From IMG/VR virus record IMGVR_UViG_3300032219_001854, positions 1 to 64,000 of that record: DNA of 64,000 nucleotides. One strand, written 5' to 3'. A model generated the notes under the pieces. It had not been told where the DNA came from. It saw only the letters and a list, made by a program, of their open reading frames with translations, and made no database searches. The stretch is from a virus (lineage: Duplodnaviria; Caudoviricetes). Both the position numbers and the translations under genes were made by a program. Shown here in pieces: positions 9,614 to 19,072 of this stretch (its first letter is position 1; each line of letters opens with the position of its first letter).

Positions 9614-10528
9614 ATGGGATTAATAGACAGAAATAAATTAGAAAAGCCTAATACGGAGATATCACACTATCTTGGTGTTGTAGTAGACAATAAGGATCCT
9701 GAATTCAAGGGAAGAGCCAAGGTTAGAATTTTTGGGATTTTTGATGATTTGGCTGATACTGAGCTTCCTTGGTCTTACCAAAGATTAGAGCAGAGCTACG
9801 GTCTAGGAGGAGGATCTGGAAGAATATCTGTTCCTAAACTTGGATCTGTTGTACATGTCCAATTTAATAATGGCAACTACTATAGTCCTGAATATAAAGC
9901 TGTACAGGAGTTATCACCTGACTTAATAGATGAGATCAGGAATAGTTATGATGGTGCTCATTCTTTAATATACGACGGTATAGAGAGGCTTAAAATGTAT
10001 TATACAGTAGAGAAAGGACTAGTAATAGATTTAAAGGAATCTAAGATTATTATAAGAAATGATAACTCTATACTAATAACTCATGCGGATGATACAGCTT
10101 CGATAGAATTAAAAGGAGGAAAAATAACTAAGTATGCAGATCAGGAAATAGAGAACACTGCAGTAACAAGAATAAAGCACAGTTCAGAGGAAGTTTGGAT
10201 GGATGGTAAAACTACTAATCTTGGACACTCTCCTTTGTTTTCTGCAGTTTGCGCAGAGCCACTATGGGATTTTCTAAAAAAATTAGCTATATCAATAGAT
10301 AGTAAAATGCCGGCAACCCCCGGGGTTAATTCCACCCTAGCATCTAGCTTTGAACAATTAGCTACAAGTCAAACGGTAAGAGTTACTAGGGAGAATGCAC
10401 CAGAATTTCCAGCAGTACCTCTTGACGCAAATTCTCCTATAGGTATACCTAATACAGGAACTGCTGGTACAGCTGGAACATCTGGAACTAGTGGTACTTC
10501 CGGTACTAGCGGAATAATAGGAGTGTAA
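9614..10528 (+). CDS. Baseplate central spike, gp5/VgrG OB-fold protein without lysozyme domain
   Basis: YLGVVVDNKDPEFKGRAKVRIFG...LPW...SVPKLGSVVHVQF is the gp5 OB-fold signature. Confidence 0.85.
   Translation: MGLIDRNKLEKPNTEISHYLGVVVDNKDPEFKGRAKVRIFGIFDDLADTELPWSYQRLEQSYGLGGGSGRISVPKLGSVVHVQFNNGNYYSPEYKAVQELSPDLIDEIRNSYDGAHSLIYDGIERLKMYYTVEKGLVIDLKESKIIIRNDNSILITHADDTASIELKGGKITKYADQEIENTAVTRIKHSSEEVWMDGKTTNLGHSPLFSAVCAEPLWDFLKKLAISIDSKMPATPGVNSTLASSFEQLATSQTVRVTRENAPEFPAVPLDANSPIGIPNTGTAGTAGTSGTSGTSGTSGIIGV
10457..10525 (+). repeat. Gly-X-Y microrepeat (GTA)2(GTS)4 GII GV at the gp5 C-terminus
   Basis: Direct translation; 9-bp degenerate units. Confidence 0.85.
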
Positions 10529-10529
10529 T

Positions 10530-13500
10530 ATGGCGGAAGATATAGGATCTAGAATAGATGATTTATTAGGAAAGGATTTTTCAAAAATGTCCACTGAGGA
10601 GATATTAAGTATAATATCAGGAGGGCAGGATTTTAACATACCATACGAAGATTTACAATCAAAAGAGGGATTTGATAAAGAATTAGAAAAAAGCCAAAAG
10701 GAGGTTGATTCTATAATACAAAGTTTAAAGCCACAACCTCTTCCTATACCTATTAAAGAAATAGAGGATCTTGCTTGTAAACACGAGGGGGACGATTTAT
10801 ATAGTAGAATATTAATGGAATCCTTAAAAAGAGAAGATTCTAAATTATATAACGATCTTTTAAAGTCTGATGAATATAAAAATAACTCTCCTATTTCAGA
10901 AAATGATCTTGGTGTAAAAATTTCGGGTGGTAGAGATTTAGGATTTTCTAAAAAAATACCATCTGAAGGAATTACTAAATATTTAAAGAGAAAAAAACCG
11001 GATTTTTTACAAAAAATAAACGAAAAAATATTTGATAATCTGGATCCGCTTTTATTAGGAAAACCATCTAATTCAGGATCTAGAAAAAAAAGAAAGATGA
11101 AAATATTGGGATTTGAAATCCCTTTAGAATTCATAATGAATAAAACTCAGATAGTACATGTTAAGATCGGAGGGGACGAGATAAATTTAGATGGTGCTTT
11201 AAAGAAAATAAATAGCCTATTAAAGGACCAGAATAAAAATTCAAATCCTTGTGATTTTAAGGATATTGATGAAAATACACAATCCGAAAGAATAGATGGA
11301 TTTGATGCTAATTTTTACCCGGACGGAGACGATCCAATAATAGACGACGACTGTCTGCCAGGAATACCCGAAGATCCTATAACAGGAGATCCTATTTTAA
11401 CTAAATCTAGTTTTGATGATGTTATAGATGAATTTTGCGATCCTCCCGTTTATGAATTTAAAAGAGAGGAAGTAAATAATCCTGAGCCTCCAACTGTTGA
11501 TGTAGATGCTATAGATGCTTGTGTTAATTCTGCCTTAGAGAAGGGTAAAAAATTAGAAGATGATGTAAAGCTATTGGCGAGATGGCAGATGATAGAGAGA
11601 AATCTCGAAGAGATACTTTATCATTATGAAGCAGTATACGAGTATCAAAAATCCTTATATGATAATTGGATATCAAGAGTACCTGTCAACGAAGGAGGTG
11701 ATCCATCTGATTTTCAAATAGGTATATCAATATTAACTTATAACGATCAAATTTTAATCTATCAAAAGGAGTTAATAAATCAAATACAAAATTATAATAA
11801 CGATAAGACTGTATTCCTTAATAACAATAATATATTTACTGAGAATCTTTTTCTCTTGGATGTTTATGATACGGAATTAAGCGATGGTGATCTTGAAATA
11901 CTTTTTAACAATCAAATAGATGCTGGATTATCCCCTATAATATATAACGATCAATCACAATCTTGGCCAGTTACTGAGGGTATTACTAAATTTAAGGAAA
12001 ATGTAGAAGATATAAGATCTATAATGATTGAAGGTAATTTCATATCTATTATAGAGAATAAAATACAAGAAACACAGGATCTATTAGATGCAGCGATAGC
12101 TTTATTATCTCAGAAAAAAGGAGTTCCTGTTTCTATAGAGGATGTTGAAAAATCTTTTATTCCTTCTAGCACGGCTACTTCTGATGTTTATGGTCAGGGT
12201 AATGCAAGTTTAGATATAAATGCAAGGGTTTTTAAAAGCCCATTAGAATTAGCTTTAACTGGAACATCATATACATATGATTCATACGGATACGATTTCT
12301 TAAAAGCTTTAGAGGATTTTTCGGTAAGATATAAAACTAAATTCGATAAGCCATTAAGCGAGCTTCAATTTGAATTATCTTTTGTTACTGACTATGGATC
12401 TCCTCTTCCTTACAAGAAAACAAAGAAACCGTCTAAGATAAGTTTTACAGGAGCTAGCTCTGAACCTCTGTCGGAAGTAAACGAGCCTGACGAACAAAAG
12501 ATAAAAATAGGAAACGAGCATGCTGATAATGGTGGATTGTTAAATGATTATTTTCCTGAATATTTAAAGAGCTATCAATTCATAAAGATAAAGAATATAA
12601 AAACAGGATTTCCTGATGTTGCTAAGTTTTATGATTTCATAGAAAAGATAATAAACACAAATGATTCTAAAGAAAGCATAATAGCTAAAATAGTAGAGGA
12701 CAGAGGAATACTCTATGGAAACCTTATAGAAAAATCCTCATCCAATTGGCTATTTTTTACTGCAGAAGAAAGAGGAGATAACGATGCTAGGGATCCTTCC
12801 AAAGCAAGACCTGCGGGTTTTACTGATGGTGGAGAACCAACGCCAGTTTTTACAGATTTCTACAGTAACTTTAAAACTAAATGGAACTCTAAATATTTAG
12901 AAAATAAGAATTCCTATATAAAGCCAGCTTTAGAAAATCTTAAAACACAGGCTAGAAAAGCAGGAGAGGGTCTAGCGAAAACTTTACCTGCTTCAGATGT
13001 AATAGGTATTAGAATAACGGAAAATTATTTTGATATAAAAAAGAAATATGAACAGATAAAAGAAATAATGCTTTTGTCTGCTCAAAAAATAGATGAGATA
13101 AATGAATCTTTAAGTCCCGATAACGTAGGTAAAAGATTCTCTGACATAAAATGTGCAGGGGCAGATTCTCCACCAGCTGAAGATGACAAAGAAAATTGTC
13201 CTCCTGTTTGTTGTGGTGAAGCGGGTTCAGATTTTGAAAATGGTAATTATCTTATGTCTTCCCCACCTAGTTCAGATTGTCCAACCATGTTTCAGAGATG
13301 TTGGTGGAAGCAGTTTTGTAAAGATATTACTAAGGTTGGCCTTTTACCTTATCCAAATGGTTTACCCCCTATAGAAGATCCTAAGTATTTTTTAGCCCAG
13401 GGACCTAGTGTTAGATTGGGTCTTAAATATTGGCCAGTGGGATATTTACCTCCAGCATTTATACCTATACCTTTTCCTAATCCTATAGACGGTAATCCTT

Positions 13501-15632
13501 ACATAAGAATACCCCTTCCTATGATTTGGACTATAGTTCCTCCAATACTTATACCTCTTCCTTTTAACCTGGGTATTCTGGTTATTTTTATTCCTTTTAT
13601 TGGTGGATTTATGCCTACTCCTCTGGTTTATATAAAGGAATTCATAACAGGTAGTTCTTTATTTTTAACTGGTATCAGAGGTCCTAGATTTATACCAAGA
13701 AAATCCGATCCTGTAGTAAAGGATCCAATGGAAAAAATAAAACAAGCAATATCATTTGGTATTCCGGATAAGTTGATACCACTCCCGGGATTTGGACTAG
13801 ATAATTTGGATTCATCTGATAGGGTTTTAAATGATATTAAAGCTAACATTACAAAAATATTTGACAGTGTTCCTCCTCCAGGAAATACACAAGCCCTTAG
13901 AGATTTACAAGCAAAAGAAAGGGATCTTAAGAAAAGGATAAGGGATAAAGAGAAAGAGCATAAAAAGAAAAGTGCTTTGCTCGATGAACCTAAGCCTGAT
14001 ATTTCTGAGGAGACTGCTGCATTAAAGGAGATTGTTAAACAAAGAAAAGATTCTTTAAAGGTTTTAATTAAAAATTATCTTAATGATAGTATACCTGATC
14101 CTAAGTCAATATATTTTCCTAAGGATAAGGACAAATTAAAAATAGACATCCCTGGTATAATAAAATCTCTTAGAATATTAAAAGAGATGCGGGCAAGTCT
14201 AGTTCCTATTGATTGTCCGGATTTTATAAACTTCAAGGATGAGATGAGGGAGGTACTAAAACTAATGCGTATAGTTTGTCCTCCTAAATATTTAGTACAA
14301 AATTTTGAGGTTTCTAATTCTAGTAAGATATTCATGAGGAAGGATAAAGATCCTAGACTTATGACTGATGATGAATTTAGTGATTTAGTAAAACAAATAA
14401 GAGGTGTATCCCTTGTAATAACTAAAGTTATCCTTTGGGGAAATAAATTTTCAGTAATAAAGAAAGTAAGGGAGGGTGCTTTTTCACCTATTGAAAATAG
14501 TGAATATGAAGGAGTTTTTAAATTTCCAGAAATAAAAATAACAAACTCAGCACCAAAAGCTCTTAAATTCTTAAAGAAGAGAAATCCTATAATAGAGGCA
14601 ATAAAGATAAGGATAATGGAAGGATTATCCAAGATAGAATATACGCCGGAAGATTTCTCTAGGTATGTTAGATACGAGGGAGAAAATCCTATACTAGTTA
14701 TAAGAGTTAAAGATCTAAAGAAATTAGTTTCTAAAAAACTTGGATTAAGTAGAATAGGTCCTTTTGATCCCGTTAGACCTTTGGATACGGAGGAACCTTT
14801 GATATCTAATTTTCCTTATCCGAAAGGACCTCTGTCATGTCTTGGTTCTCTTAATGGAGGATTTGGTAATGCGGTAGCTGCTTTTGAGTTACCTACTGTT
14901 TTCCCTTTAAAGCAAGATTCGTTAACACAAATACCAGGATTAGGTGGTATTATACAAGTTACTATTCCAGGATCTAAAATAAAATCTTTCCTAGCAGAAG
15001 CTTTAATTAAGTCTTTAGATGCCGGTGCTCTTGAAGCGGCTTTTCCAGAGATTAATGATGTAAACTCCCCTAAGTTTTTAAATTTAGAACCAAATGATAT
15101 CCAGAAGTTATCTAAAACATTAGTTACTAATTTAATAAGTCCAGAATCTCCTGATATACCGCCTTTTTTGAATATATTAAAAGTTCCGGTATTTCCTCCT
15201 GCAAGACCAACGGATATGATAGAACAGGCTTTAATAGGATTAGGAGCACCTCCACCAGCTAGAATAGTTTATAGTTTGTTCTGGATATACTTTAAAAGCT
15301 TACCAAAAACACCACTCGGAGATAAAATAGTTCTACCAAAAATTACAGCTTCTTCCGAATTATTAGCTAGGATACCTTGGCCTCTTGCTGTACTTATAGG
15401 AAGAAACGTTTTAAATATATTAAATCCTATAGCAATGAATGATGATCATCCTGTATGGAGAAGAATGAGCCTAAAGAATACATACTATGTTGTTTATATA
15501 GATGAATTTTTAAGAAGTGCAGCAGATGTTTCTGGATTATTTAAATTCTTTCTTGGGTCCGCAGATCCTGTATATCCTATCCCGGAACTACAATCTGAAC
15601 TTAAAAAAGCTTTTAATCTAAAAAAATACTAA
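10530..15632 (+). CDS. Large (1700 aa) hypothetical protein, probably virion-associated
   Basis: Starts 1 nt after the gp5 stop. Has coiled-coil, Cys-rich and Pro-rich hydrophobic segments. No family recognised. Confidence 0.6.
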   Translation: MAEDIGSRIDDLLGKDFSKMSTEEILSIISGGQDFNIPYEDLQSKEGFDKELEKSQKEVDSIIQSLKPQPLPIPIKEIEDLACKHEGDDLYSRILMESLKREDSKLYNDLLKSDEYKNNSPISENDLGVKISGGRDLGFSKKIPSEGITKYLKRKKPDFLQKINEKIFDNLDPLLLGKPSNSGSRKKRKMKILGFEIPLEFIMNKTQIVHVKIGGDEINLDGALKKINSLLKDQNKNSNPCDFKDIDENTQSERIDGFDANFYPDGDDPIIDDDCLPGIPEDPITGDPILTKSSFDDVIDEFCDPPVYEFKREEVNNPEPPTVDVDAIDACVNSALEKGKKLEDDVKLLARWQMIERNLEEILYHYEAVYEYQKSLYDNWISRVPVNEGGDPSDFQIGISILTYNDQILIYQKELINQIQNYNNDKTVFLNNNNIFTENLFLLDVYDTELSDGDLEILFNNQIDAGLSPIIYNDQSQSWPVTEGITKFKENVEDIRSIMIEGNFISIIENKIQETQDLLDAAIALLSQKKGVPVSIEDVEKSFIPSSTATSDVYGQGNASLDINARVFKSPLELALTGTSYTYDSYGYDFLKALEDFSVRYKTKFDKPLSELQFELSFVTDYGSPLPYKKTKKPSKISFTGASSEPLSEVNEPDEQKIKIGNEHADNGGLLNDYFPEYLKSYQFIKIKNIKTGFPDVAKFYDFIEKIINTNDSKESIIAKIVEDRGILYGNLIEKSSSNWLFFTAEERGDNDARDPSKARPAGFTDGGEPTPVFTDFYSNFKTKWNSKYLENKNSYIKPALENLKTQARKAGEGLAKTLPASDVIGIRITENYFDIKKKYEQIKEIMLLSAQKIDEINESLSPDNVGKRFSDIKCAGADSPPAEDDKENCPPVCCGEAGSDFENGNYLMSSPPSSDCPTMFQRCWWKQFCKDITKVGLLPYPNGLPPIEDPKYFLAQGPSVRLGLKYWPVGYLPPAFIPIPFPNPIDGNPYIRIPLPMIWTIVPPILIPLPFNLGILVIFIPFIGGFMPTPLVYIKEFITGSSLFLTGIRGPRFIPRKSDPVVKDPMEKIKQAISFGIPDKLIPLPGFGLDNLDSSDRVLNDIKANITKIFDSVPPPGNTQALRDLQAKERDLKKRIRDKEKEHKKKSALLDEPKPDISEETAALKEIVKQRKDSLKVLIKNYLNDSIPDPKSIYFPKDKDKLKIDIPGIIKSLRILKEMRASLVPIDCPDFINFKDEMREVLKLMRIVCPPKYLVQNFEVSNSSKIFMRKDKDPRLMTDDEFSDLVKQIRGVSLVITKVILWGNKFSVIKKVREGAFSPIENSEYEGVFKFPEIKITNSAPKALKFLKKRNPIIEAIKIRIMEGLSKIEYTPEDFSRYVRYEGENPILVIRVKDLKKLVSKKLGLSRIGPFDPVRPLDTEEPLISNFPYPKGPLSCLGSLNGGFGNAVAAFELPTVFPLKQDSLTQIPGLGGIIQVTIPGSKIKSFLAEALIKSLDAGALEAAFPEINDVNSPKFLNLEPNDIQKLSKTLVTNLISPESPDIPPFLNILKVPVFPPARPTDMIEQALIGLGAPPPARIVYSLFWIYFKSLPKTPLGDKIVLPKITASSELLARIPWPLAVLIGRNVLNILNPIAMNDDHPVWRRMSLKNTYYVVYIDEFLRSAADVSGLFKFFLGSADPVYPIPELQSELKKAFNLKKY

Positions 15633-15688
15633 TTTCTTGGAAATTTTAATGCAATTTTATACTACAAACAAAGATAAACCCAAATAAC

Positions 15689-16798
15689 ATGAAAAACAAA
15701 AATTTTAGTTCCTTCGATTATGATACAGCTGAAAGAGAAAGACTCGAAGCTATTTATAGTGGAACATTTCCAGAGGAAAGTAAAAAAATAACAGGAAAGG
15801 ATATACAGAATAATTCTTCTGAAATAGTAACAATAACATCTATTGATACTGATAAAGGTATTGCATTAGGTGAGACGTCCTTTGGACAGACTATTATAAT
15901 CGATACAAAGAAAGAAGAAAAAAATATGATGAAGCTTGGATATCCTGCTATAGATATAAATCCAGGCCAATCTATTGACGTAGTTATCCATAAAGATTCT
16001 TCCGGATCTTTTAACGGATCAGTTTCAGCAGGATATGAGAAAGCACTTAAAAACGAATTGCACAGATCTATTAAAGATGAGGATTGTGCATTTAAAGTTA
16101 AAGTTAAGAATGTTTGTAACGGAGGATTTATGGTTGATCTATCAGGAATAGAGTGCTTCCTTCCTGGTAGTCTTGCTGCAGCAAATAGAATTATGAACTT
16201 TGCAGACTACGTAGGTAGACATTTAACGGTAATGGTCGAGGTATATGACCAAAAAAGAGATATTTTTGTCGTATCTTTCAAAAAATATTTAAGAAAAATT
16301 ATCGACAGAGAAGTTCAGAATCTTTCATTTTCTAATAAATACGAAGGTACAGTTACTGGATTGTCCAATAATGGTGTATTCGTTGAATGGAACGATATCT
16401 ATACAGGAATAATCTCTATTGATGATTCCAATAGATCATCATTAGAAAAATATCAAGCAGGAGATACTGTCGAGTTCTATGTAATTGATATAAAAAATCC
16501 TCAAAGAATCAATCTATCAGTTTCCCAACCAAACGAAAAAATGAAAAATGTTCAAGAGATGAAGGACACTTCTTCCGAAGTTTTAGGGGAAAATACCAAT
16601 TTGAAAATATATAAAGGAGAGGTTACTAAAATTAAAACTTTCGGTATTTTCATTAAAATGGAAAATGGATTGAATGGCCTTATCGAAAAGGAGAAATTAG
16701 TAAGATCTATTAAAGAATATGAGGTTGGGCAGTCGGTTGATTTCTCGATCTTAAGCGTAGATAGTTCTACTCTTAAAATACAATTAATAGAAAAATAA
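15689..16798 (+). CDS. S1 RNA-binding domain protein (ribosomal protein bS1-like, 3-4 S1 repeats)
   Basis: VKNVCNGGFMVDLSGIECFLPGSLA, YEGTVTGLSNNGVFVE and YKGEVTKIKTFGIFIKM are S1 repeats. Confidence 0.85.
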   Translation: MKNKNFSSFDYDTAERERLEAIYSGTFPEESKKITGKDIQNNSSEIVTITSIDTDKGIALGETSFGQTIIIDTKKEEKNMMKLGYPAIDINPGQSIDVVIHKDSSGSFNGSVSAGYEKALKNELHRSIKDEDCAFKVKVKNVCNGGFMVDLSGIECFLPGSLAAANRIMNFADYVGRHLTVMVEVYDQKRDIFVVSFKKYLRKIIDREVQNLSFSNKYEGTVTGLSNNGVFVEWNDIYTGIISIDDSNRSSLEKYQAGDTVEFYVIDIKNPQRINLSVSQPNEKMKNVQEMKDTSSEVLGENTNLKIYKGEVTKIKTFGIFIKMENGLNGLIEKEKLVRSIKEYEVGQSVDFSILSVDSSTLKIQLIEK

Positions 16799-16801
16799 AA
16801 A

Positions 16802-18244
16802 TTGGCTAATTTACTTACTAATGATTTTTTCTACTCTTCTAAATTGGGTTTTGAATTTGAGTTCTACAGTAACTTAAATAGGAATGATATAGCGAGAGAA
16901 TTAGGAAAGGTATTAGGAAAAAAGGTATTACTTTTTAATAAATATCATTCTAATTTTAAACCCACTAAGGATATTTTTAAATTAGAGCCAGATTACTCAG
17001 GAGGATCCAAGATGGTTGAATTCGTCACGGGTCCTCTTCCTTATTTCGAGGCAATAGTAATCCTTATTAAGACTTTCAAATGGATAGATGAGAATGGATA
17101 TACAGATAAGAGATGTGCTTTCCAATTTGGTGTAAGTATTGATACATCAATCTATCCAGAAGTTCCTCCTATGGGACAAATTAATACACTTAAATATATT
17201 CTTGGATTTGATGAGAATTACATATACAAAAGATTTCCTGAAAGAATGGGATCTTTATATGCTAAGTCAATTAAAAGAATATTGCCAGTTAATAAATTTG
17301 TTGATCCTAGTAACATCTCTTTTATAGATAAAAATCTATTTGAAGTACCATTAGAAAAAAATATGGGAATTAATTTCCTAAAACTTCCCGAGGGATATTT
17401 TGAGGTTAGATATTTAGGAGGTAAAGATTACCAAAAAAGATATACTGCAGTAAAAGAAGTAATTGATTATATAATCACTTATACTGTTGGTGTATTAAGA
17501 TTCAATAACGGATTCACTGAAAATGACTTAAAAGTGTTAAGAATGTTCTTAAACGAGATTTATAAGAACTCATCAACATTTATAGATCCTGATACTTTCC
17601 AAAAGAATTATCCACACATGAATATAATGGTGGATCTTAGATCCGATCCACAAATATTAAGGTCATTCTTTATTACTATAAGGGAAATTCTTTATGATTT
17701 AATAGTAGAAAATAATATTAAAGAGGGAATAATAAACTATGATAGTTCATTAGGTAAATTCCAGCTTAAAGATATAAAAACAACTAGAGCGTATCTACTT
17801 AAGGATTATGATATACTCGAAGGTGAGATTGCGGGTAATTTATTAAACTGTAGATTATTCAATTGTAAATTAAACGACTGTACTATAGAAGAATCAGATC
17901 TTATAACAAATAATGAAATAAACAGATCTAAGGTAATGATATCAGATCTTTATTTTACTAATACCGTACACGACACCTATATAGATAATAAAGACAAGGA
18001 AATTAACTGTGAGGTATTTGGAGGTATAATAAGATCAGGATTTATAGGAAAACTAGCTAGTATTTCTCCAGAAACAGAAGTTGTTAATGATGCTGAAGAC
18101 GATAAGAAACTAAAAGGAAGTTTAAAGAAGAAACAATTCCCGAATAGAAATGAAGGAGACCAACCATCTCAGCCTGTTAGATTCTCGGATAATAATTCTA
18201 AGCCTTCAGGAATACCTGGAATAAACTTCAAATCAAATAATTAA
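16802..18244 (+). CDS. Putative amidoligase (COOH-NH2 ligase, glutamine synthetase/GCS fold), TTG start
   Basis: LGFEFEF, EPDYSGG, VEFVTGPL, KNMGINF and FEVRYLGG match Amidoligase_2 motifs. The usual HxH position reads CAFQFG. Confidence 0.65.
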   Translation: MANLLTNDFFYSSKLGFEFEFYSNLNRNDIARELGKVLGKKVLLFNKYHSNFKPTKDIFKLEPDYSGGSKMVEFVTGPLPYFEAIVILIKTFKWIDENGYTDKRCAFQFGVSIDTSIYPEVPPMGQINTLKYILGFDENYIYKRFPERMGSLYAKSIKRILPVNKFVDPSNISFIDKNLFEVPLEKNMGINFLKLPEGYFEVRYLGGKDYQKRYTAVKEVIDYIITYTVGVLRFNNGFTENDLKVLRMFLNEIYKNSSTFIDPDTFQKNYPHMNIMVDLRSDPQILRSFFITIREILYDLIVENNIKEGIINYDSSLGKFQLKDIKTTRAYLLKDYDILEGEIAGNLLNCRLFNCKLNDCTIEESDLITNNEINRSKVMISDLYFTNTVHDTYIDNKDKEINCEVFGGIIRSGFIGKLASISPETEVVNDAEDDKKLKGSLKKKQFPNRNEGDQPSQPVRFSDNNSKPSGIPGINFKSNN

Positions 18245-18250
18245 ATTGAT

Positions 18251-19030
18251 ATGACCGAAGCAGATCTAATACAGGAAATAAGAGATGATATATCTCATTC
18301 TTGTGCTTTGCCTTATAACCTGAATGAACAGGAAATAAAAAGGATTATAAAAAGAGCTAGAGCATATTTTTATGATAACTACCAATATGCAGTAGAGGAC
18401 AGAATATTTGTTTTAGGGAGGGAATTATTTTCTACTCCTGCATTTAGAGCAACTAGACAAATACAAATGCCTTCGTGTGTTAGATCTATATACGAGGTTA
18501 GAGAAGTAAATGGATCAGGGTTAATAGGAACACCCGATAAAGATTTTGGCGATTCAAAATTATTAGGATCTGAACTTATGCTTTCGCCTTTTGCTGGTGA
18601 TAACTTAGTTTATAGAACAGTTCTTTATTCTTTCTTTGATCTTGCTAAAGCATATCTATTAGAGACTTACGCTTTTAATTATAATAAAAATACTAAGCGT
18701 CTTACTATACTTGGTCGAGATCCAAATAGAACATATCAGACAGACGGAGGAAGTTCGTCTACTCTATTTACTGGTACTGATGTTGGTATTAGAGGTTACA
18801 TAGATATTCCAGAAGAAAATCTATATGATGACGAATTATTTGTTAGGTTTTGTCTAGCAGAGGCAAAAATTAATATTGGTAGATTACTTGGTACATTCGA
18901 GTATAATCTCCCTGGCGGTGTTAGAGTTAATTATAATAACATACAAACTATAGGGTCAACTGAAAAACAGGAGATTATACAAATGATAAAAGACGAGAAT
19001 ACACCTTCATACTTCTTGCAGTGGAATTGA
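18251..19030 (+). CDS. Neck protein, T4 gp13-like
   Basis: AEAKINIGRLLGTFEYNLPGGVRVNY...EKQEI matches the gp13 C-terminal LPGG motif. Confidence 0.75.
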   Translation: MTEADLIQEIRDDISHSCALPYNLNEQEIKRIIKRARAYFYDNYQYAVEDRIFVLGRELFSTPAFRATRQIQMPSCVRSIYEVREVNGSGLIGTPDKDFGDSKLLGSELMLSPFAGDNLVYRTVLYSFFDLAKAYLLETYAFNYNKNTKRLTILGRDPNRTYQTDGGSSSTLFTGTDVGIRGYIDIPEENLYDDELFVRFCLAEAKINIGRLLGTFEYNLPGGVRVNYNNIQTIGSTEKQEIIQMIKDENTPSYFLQWN

Positions 19031-19044
19031 AAAATTAATAGGTT

Positions 19045-19072
19045 TTGGATATATAATAATAAAAATATCCAA
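19045..19072 (+). promoter_or_regulatory. Hairpin reaching the A of the endonuclease start codon and containing GATATATA
   Basis: TTGGATAT (19045-19052) is the reverse complement of ATATCCAA (19065-19072); 19072 is the A of ATG. GATATATA lies at 19048-19055. Confidence 0.6.

Noticed and set aside
10358-11134. 258-aa minus-strand ORF
   Set aside because: Antisense shadow of the gp5 end and the 1700-aa gene; S/F/I-rich with no motif or promoter.
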